From a bacterium (GTDB lineage Bacteria; Hinthialibacterota; Hinthialibacteria; Hinthialibacterales; Hinthialibacteraceae): a stretch of DNA of 64,000 nucleotides. The position numbers and the translations under genes were made by a program. Below, one piece after another: positions 59,961-64,000 of the stretch; within the stretch, counting starts at the first letter, position 1, and each line of letters opens with the position of its first letter. The stretch covers positions 128,001 to 192,000 of the forward strand of contig CAXXSM010000132.1 of NCBI GenBank assembly GCA_963663405.2. Reading direction: 5' to 3'. The notes beneath the pieces were generated by a model. It worked only from the letters and a program-made list of their open reading frames with translations. It was not told where the DNA came from and did not search any database.

Positions 59961-61248
59961 ACTCCTCTTGTTTCTCCTGGCTGATCTCTGGTTCTTTTGG
60001 AGGCTCTTTGGAAGGATTGTACCATGCGATGATTTCATTGAGCCGGTGTGAACCGCCAAAGATCCATTCCTGCTTCTCCTTGTCCCAACGCATACCCCAT
60101 CGTTCTTCCGGTGTTACATACGCGTCGGGTGAGATCCAGTGGTGATCCACAGCGATAAATAATTCAAATAAACTGGTATCGGGCAGACGGCCGGAAATGG
60201 ATACAGGAACGGCCCGCAACGCCTGAAAGAATTTTTCCCGGTTTACATTGTATTCATCCAATCCCGCCCACACTTGACGCAGCAATTTATACAACCGCTC
60301 ATCACGGGAATCGGTATTGTAGGTATAATCGAACGTTTCTGAGCGATAGTTTTTTCCTCTTTTTTTTAATATCGCTTCCGCTTGTTTTACGATTGAGCAT
60401 CGAAAGAGCGCTTCTTCTTTGAAATAGCCGGTCAATTCATTAATGTAGTCATCTTCGGTCAATGTTTTACCGGCGGAGGATTCTTTGACAATACGGTTCA
60501 AGGCTTTGCTCAGTTGTTTCCGATAGGGGAAATCGGATTCGTAGATTGCCTCTGAGTAATGGGGCATCTCGGCGTCTGGAACGAGCGCCCATTTCCCGTT
60601 CCGAAAGACAGGCCAATTCCAACGCACAATCCCGCTGTGTTCCCGTGGGACCGGCGCGTTATAAATAAACACATCAAGTGTTGTCGAGTGTTTAAACCGT
60701 ACGTTGGCGGGGACGGACGCTTCGAAGAAGTGGATGGGAATGATCTGAGCTGGATCGATCCGTCCGATGAAACAGGCGTGACTGGCGATGATGTTTTCAT
60801 AGACCATCAGGCCCGGTTTAACGGTATCCGCGTTCAACGCTACCGGATACGTGTCGAGTGGGAACGATTTCGTCGTGATATGATACACAACCGCCAGAAG
60901 AAACGCGCGCAGCCGTTTGTCCTGGCGCCAATCCTTCGCGAGGGGAAGGTTGTCCCATTGCTTAGAGAAATGCCCGATGGTTTTTCCCCACGCGTCGCTG
61001 GCGAGGAAGGGAAGAGAATGATTACGCGCGAAAACCGCCCGGACCAGATAGCAATTATCCGCGCAGTCCACCGGTAGACGGACCGGGACGAAGAAATCTG
61101 TATCGACTTCCGTGGCGATCCACTCGCTGTACTGGTCTTCCCACGTCTCATTCCATGAGTTGACCACTTTCCAAACGGCGGCTTGTGAAACCGGCGCCGC
61201 CATTATGAACGCCAACAGGAATGAACCGAATCGAATCATGTCACTCAT
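59917..61248 (-). CDS. Secreted DCAD-motif hypothetical protein (putative Cys/His hydrolase), paralog A
   Basis: Signal peptide, AVWKVVNSWNETWEDQYSEW, VDCADNCY, DTYPVAL, SHACFIG. Confidence 0.8.
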   Translation of the reverse strand: MSDMIRFGSFLLAFIMAAPVSQAAVWKVVNSWNETWEDQYSEWIATEVDTDFFVPVRLPVDCADNCYLVRAVFARNHSLPFLASDAWGKTIGHFSKQWDNLPLAKDWRQDKRLRAFLLAVVYHITTKSFPLDTYPVALNADTVKPGLMVYENIIASHACFIGRIDPAQIIPIHFFEASVPANVRFKHSTTLDVFIYNAPVPREHSGIVRWNWPVFRNGKWALVPDAEMPHYSEAIYESDFPYRKQLSKALNRIVKESSAGKTLTEDDYINELTGYFKEEALFRCSIVKQAEAILKKRGKNYRSETFDYTYNTDSRDERLYKLLRQVWAGLDEYNVNREKFFQALRAVPVSISGRLPDTSLFELFIAVDHHWISPDAYVTPEERWGMRWDKEKQEWIFGGSHRLNEIIAWYNPSKEPPKEPEISQEKQEEYGEYNRTPPVQDWQ

Positions 61249-61407
61249 CATCACATATCCCATCGCAGATGGAAAACTATATCCGAAATTATAAAATTCA
61301 CCTAGAAGTGAGTGAATTGAAATATATCGTACTAACCAACAGTACTATGAGTAACGTTTATATGATGGGTAAGCGAATAAATCTCAAAAAGTAGAAAGGT
61401 AAACATA

Positions 61408-63149
61408 ATGAAGAAATGGCCGATTTCTGTTTTTATGATTGTCTCACTCGTTTTATTGCAGTGGGGGCCCGTAATTAGTGGAGAGGATAACAGCGATATC
61501 GATCCGAAAGTGAGGGAAATTATCGAAAATGCGTCTGAATACCTTGCTGGATTGGACCATTTCAGCATGGAAATCACAGCAATCACGAAAAATGAAGCGG
61601 AGGGGATGAAGGCGGAGATGACCCAGATTCAAGCAGTTTCAATCGAACGGCCTAACAAAATGGCCAGCCGCAACACGTTTGGGTATATGGGATCTACCTT
61701 GGTTATGGACGGTGAATCGATCTATTCCTATACGAATATAATGAACTCATATACTAAAAATCCCGCTCCTTCTAGTTTAGATGATTATGTAACGAATAAT
61801 ACAGCTAGAACTATGGGTTCCTTGATCGGTCAAGTTGAGCAATTAGCGCCGATCGTGACATTCTTTATTCGTGAAGAACCCAAAAAGTTACTTTTAAAAG
61901 ATGTAAAAGAAGCGATTTTTCTAGGCCGGGAAAATATTGATGGCGCTCCTTGTTGCCGCCTCCAAATCACGGATCAATATATCGATTGGGATATCTGGAT
62001 TGAAGAAGGAGACAGGCCTTTCATTCGCAGAATCAGTGGAGATGCGACAAAACGTATGATGGAACAACGCGCGCAATCGCCGATCCGTATAGAAATGAAA
62101 TTGTTTGTGGATGTCCGGTATGATCAATGGAATCCAGATCCCGAATTTGATGAAAAAACCTTCGTTTTCACTCCACCAGAAGGCGCCAAGGAAGGTCCTG
62201 ACATGGGAGGTATGGTCCGGCCGGTTCAAGAGGATTCAAATCATCCTCTTGTAGGACAACCCGCGCCGGAGATCACGCTGGATCTGTTGGATGGCACACA
62301 ATTCAACCTCGCCGACCAGAAGGGAAATAAGGTCGTCATTCTCGATTTTGGGCCACTTGGAACGCTCACTGCCGTGAGAATACACCCATGCTGGCGGAAA
62401 TTGAGGACGCTTACAAGGATGAAGGGGTTGTCCTTATCGCCATCAATCAGGGCGAATCCGATAAAGCAATCCGTGGATTTCTTGAAGAGGAAGGATTAAA
62501 AATCAACGCCGCCAGGGACCTAAGAGGAGAGGCGGGAAAACAATTTCAAATCGCTGGATTCCCACAGACGGTTCTTATCGGCAAGGACGGCATCGTGAAG
62601 AGTGTCTTTGTTGGATTTATTCCCGAAAGGAAAGAAGACCGGAAAAACCAGATTACCGCGAAACTCGATGAATTATGCGGCCCCGGCGCATCCGCCTCGA
62701 ATCAAAAAACGCAAGGATCGTTCAGCCGCGCCGCCGATCGAGGTAGAGCCGCCCGCGCCCAAGCCGATATTCGATCTCTCAAAACCGCTATCGCGATGTT
62801 CCAACTGGACAATAACGCGTATCCGAAATCTTTGGGAGATTCCCGATCGATTGGAGACGCTGGAATCAAGATCGGCAGTGGCGCCAATCCGAGAATTATC
62901 CGGCTGACCACACCCATCGCCTATCTTTCAAGAATTCCGGCTGATCCATTCGATCCTGAAGGGAAACCGTATCGCTATTTCTTTGACGGGAAAAACAATT
63001 TCGTTATCGTCTCCAACGGCCCCAATCGGGAACCGGATTTTGACGAACGGACGTATAAAGGCCAGTCGATCGACGAGCTTTCCCAATTCCTCTATGATCC
63101 CAAAAAGCAGGATGGAGATTCGGGGGATATTATTTTTGTCGGCCCTTGA
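61408..63149 (+). CDS. DUF2092/LolA-like + TlpA redoxin + GspG-like pilin domain fusion, split by a one-base deletion
   Basis: IERPNK, WDIWIEEG, FVFTPPEGA; GQPAPEITL, DF(W)ATW after frame correction at ~62349; AQADIRSLKTAIAMFQLDNNAYP, LTTPIAY, DPF. Confidence 0.75.
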
Positions 63150-63241
63150 TAAATTTAAGATTCTGTTTGATGCTTGGAAGGAGGGGTGGCCGATGGCCGC
63201 CCCTCTCGCCGTTATGAAATTTGATGCAGGTGGTTAAAACC

Positions 63242-64000
63242 ATGTCAAGACTCGTCTGTCAGTCAACCAAAGCCACATATTCGCTGAACGATCCTCGCTG
63301 GCGGTCCGAATCCGGTGGATTATTGGATATTGAATACGATTTCACCTTTGATCTTTTAGCGATCCAAAAACGGGCTCCAACACTATGGCGTTACCGTGAA
63401 GCGATCCCTATCGAGCGGGATGAGAATATCGTCTCATTCAACGAGGGATTCACCCCCCTTGTCCCAGTCGATATCGATGGCCGGGAGATCCACCTCAAAC
63501 TCGACTATCTCTTTCCCACAGCTTCATTTAAAGATCGGGGCGCGACGGTTCTGATCAGCAAGGTGAAGGAATTGGGGATCGATCGGGTCCTGATCGATTC
63601 TCCGGCAACGCGGGATGCGCCGTCTCGGCCTACTGCGCACGCGCGGGTATCGCCTGCGATGTCTATGTCCCCGCGCACGCCTCCCCGGCGAAGATCGCGC
63701 AGATGAAACTGTTCGGCGCGCGTGTCCATTGCATTCCCGGCTCACGTGATGAGACTGCGAAAGCCGCGCTCGAAGCCGCGGAAACGGTGTACAACGCGGC
63801 CCATTCATGGAATCCGTTTTTCTCGCAGGGTACGAAGACTCTCGCCTATGAGATTTGGGAACAGATGGAGTACACCGCCCCGGACGCGGTCCTCGTACCC
63901 ACCGGGAATGGGACTCTGCTGATCGGCTTGCATATCGGTTTTCAGGATCTGCGGAAACAGAATTTAATAGACACCGCGCCCCGCCTGATCGCCGTACAGG
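63242..64000 (+). CDS. Threonine synthase-like PLP enzyme, frameshift at ~63600, runs off window
   Basis: LWRYRE, EGFTPL, FPTASFKDRG, then SGNAGCAVSAY, GTKTLAYEI, PTGNG in the shifted frame. Confidence 0.85.

Noticed and set aside
62358-62372. Selenocysteine in the redoxin active site
   Set aside because: The codon is AAC (Asn), not TGA

Overview
A 64 kb bacterial chromosomal window of roughly 50% GC. Pilin-like 'LTTPIAY..DPF' and C-terminal 'TSVxxWxLF' motifs suggest a poorly characterised candidate-phylum lineage such as Hinthialibacterota/OLB16 or Sumerlaeota; this is inference only. The backbone is housekeeping genes: DUF1998 helicase, hemW-lepB-coaX, scpA-scpB-rluB, topA, guaA, phnW-phnX, folP-cdaA-ybbR-pdxJ-rpe and a PpiD-like chaperone. 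Secreted CAZyme-like proteins, two toxin-antitoxin clusters and REP-like repeats are interspersed. The best candidate for an undescribed system is an AT-rich, translationally coupled three-gene operon at 56244-58609: small helical protein, HEXXH gluzincin-like protein, and a divergent trimeric dCTP deaminase, possibly an anti-phage nucleotide-depletion system. Other points of note are a tandem pair of DCAD-motif Cys/His hydrolases, a candidate C-terminal sorting signal, an integron-cassette remnant between REPs, and several apparent pseudo-enzymes. There is also an internal start in a BlaR1-like gene, a RelE-like toxin broken by a 5-bp duplication, and three single-base frameshifts that may be sequencing errors. 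No rRNA, tRNA, CRISPR array or transposase was seen.
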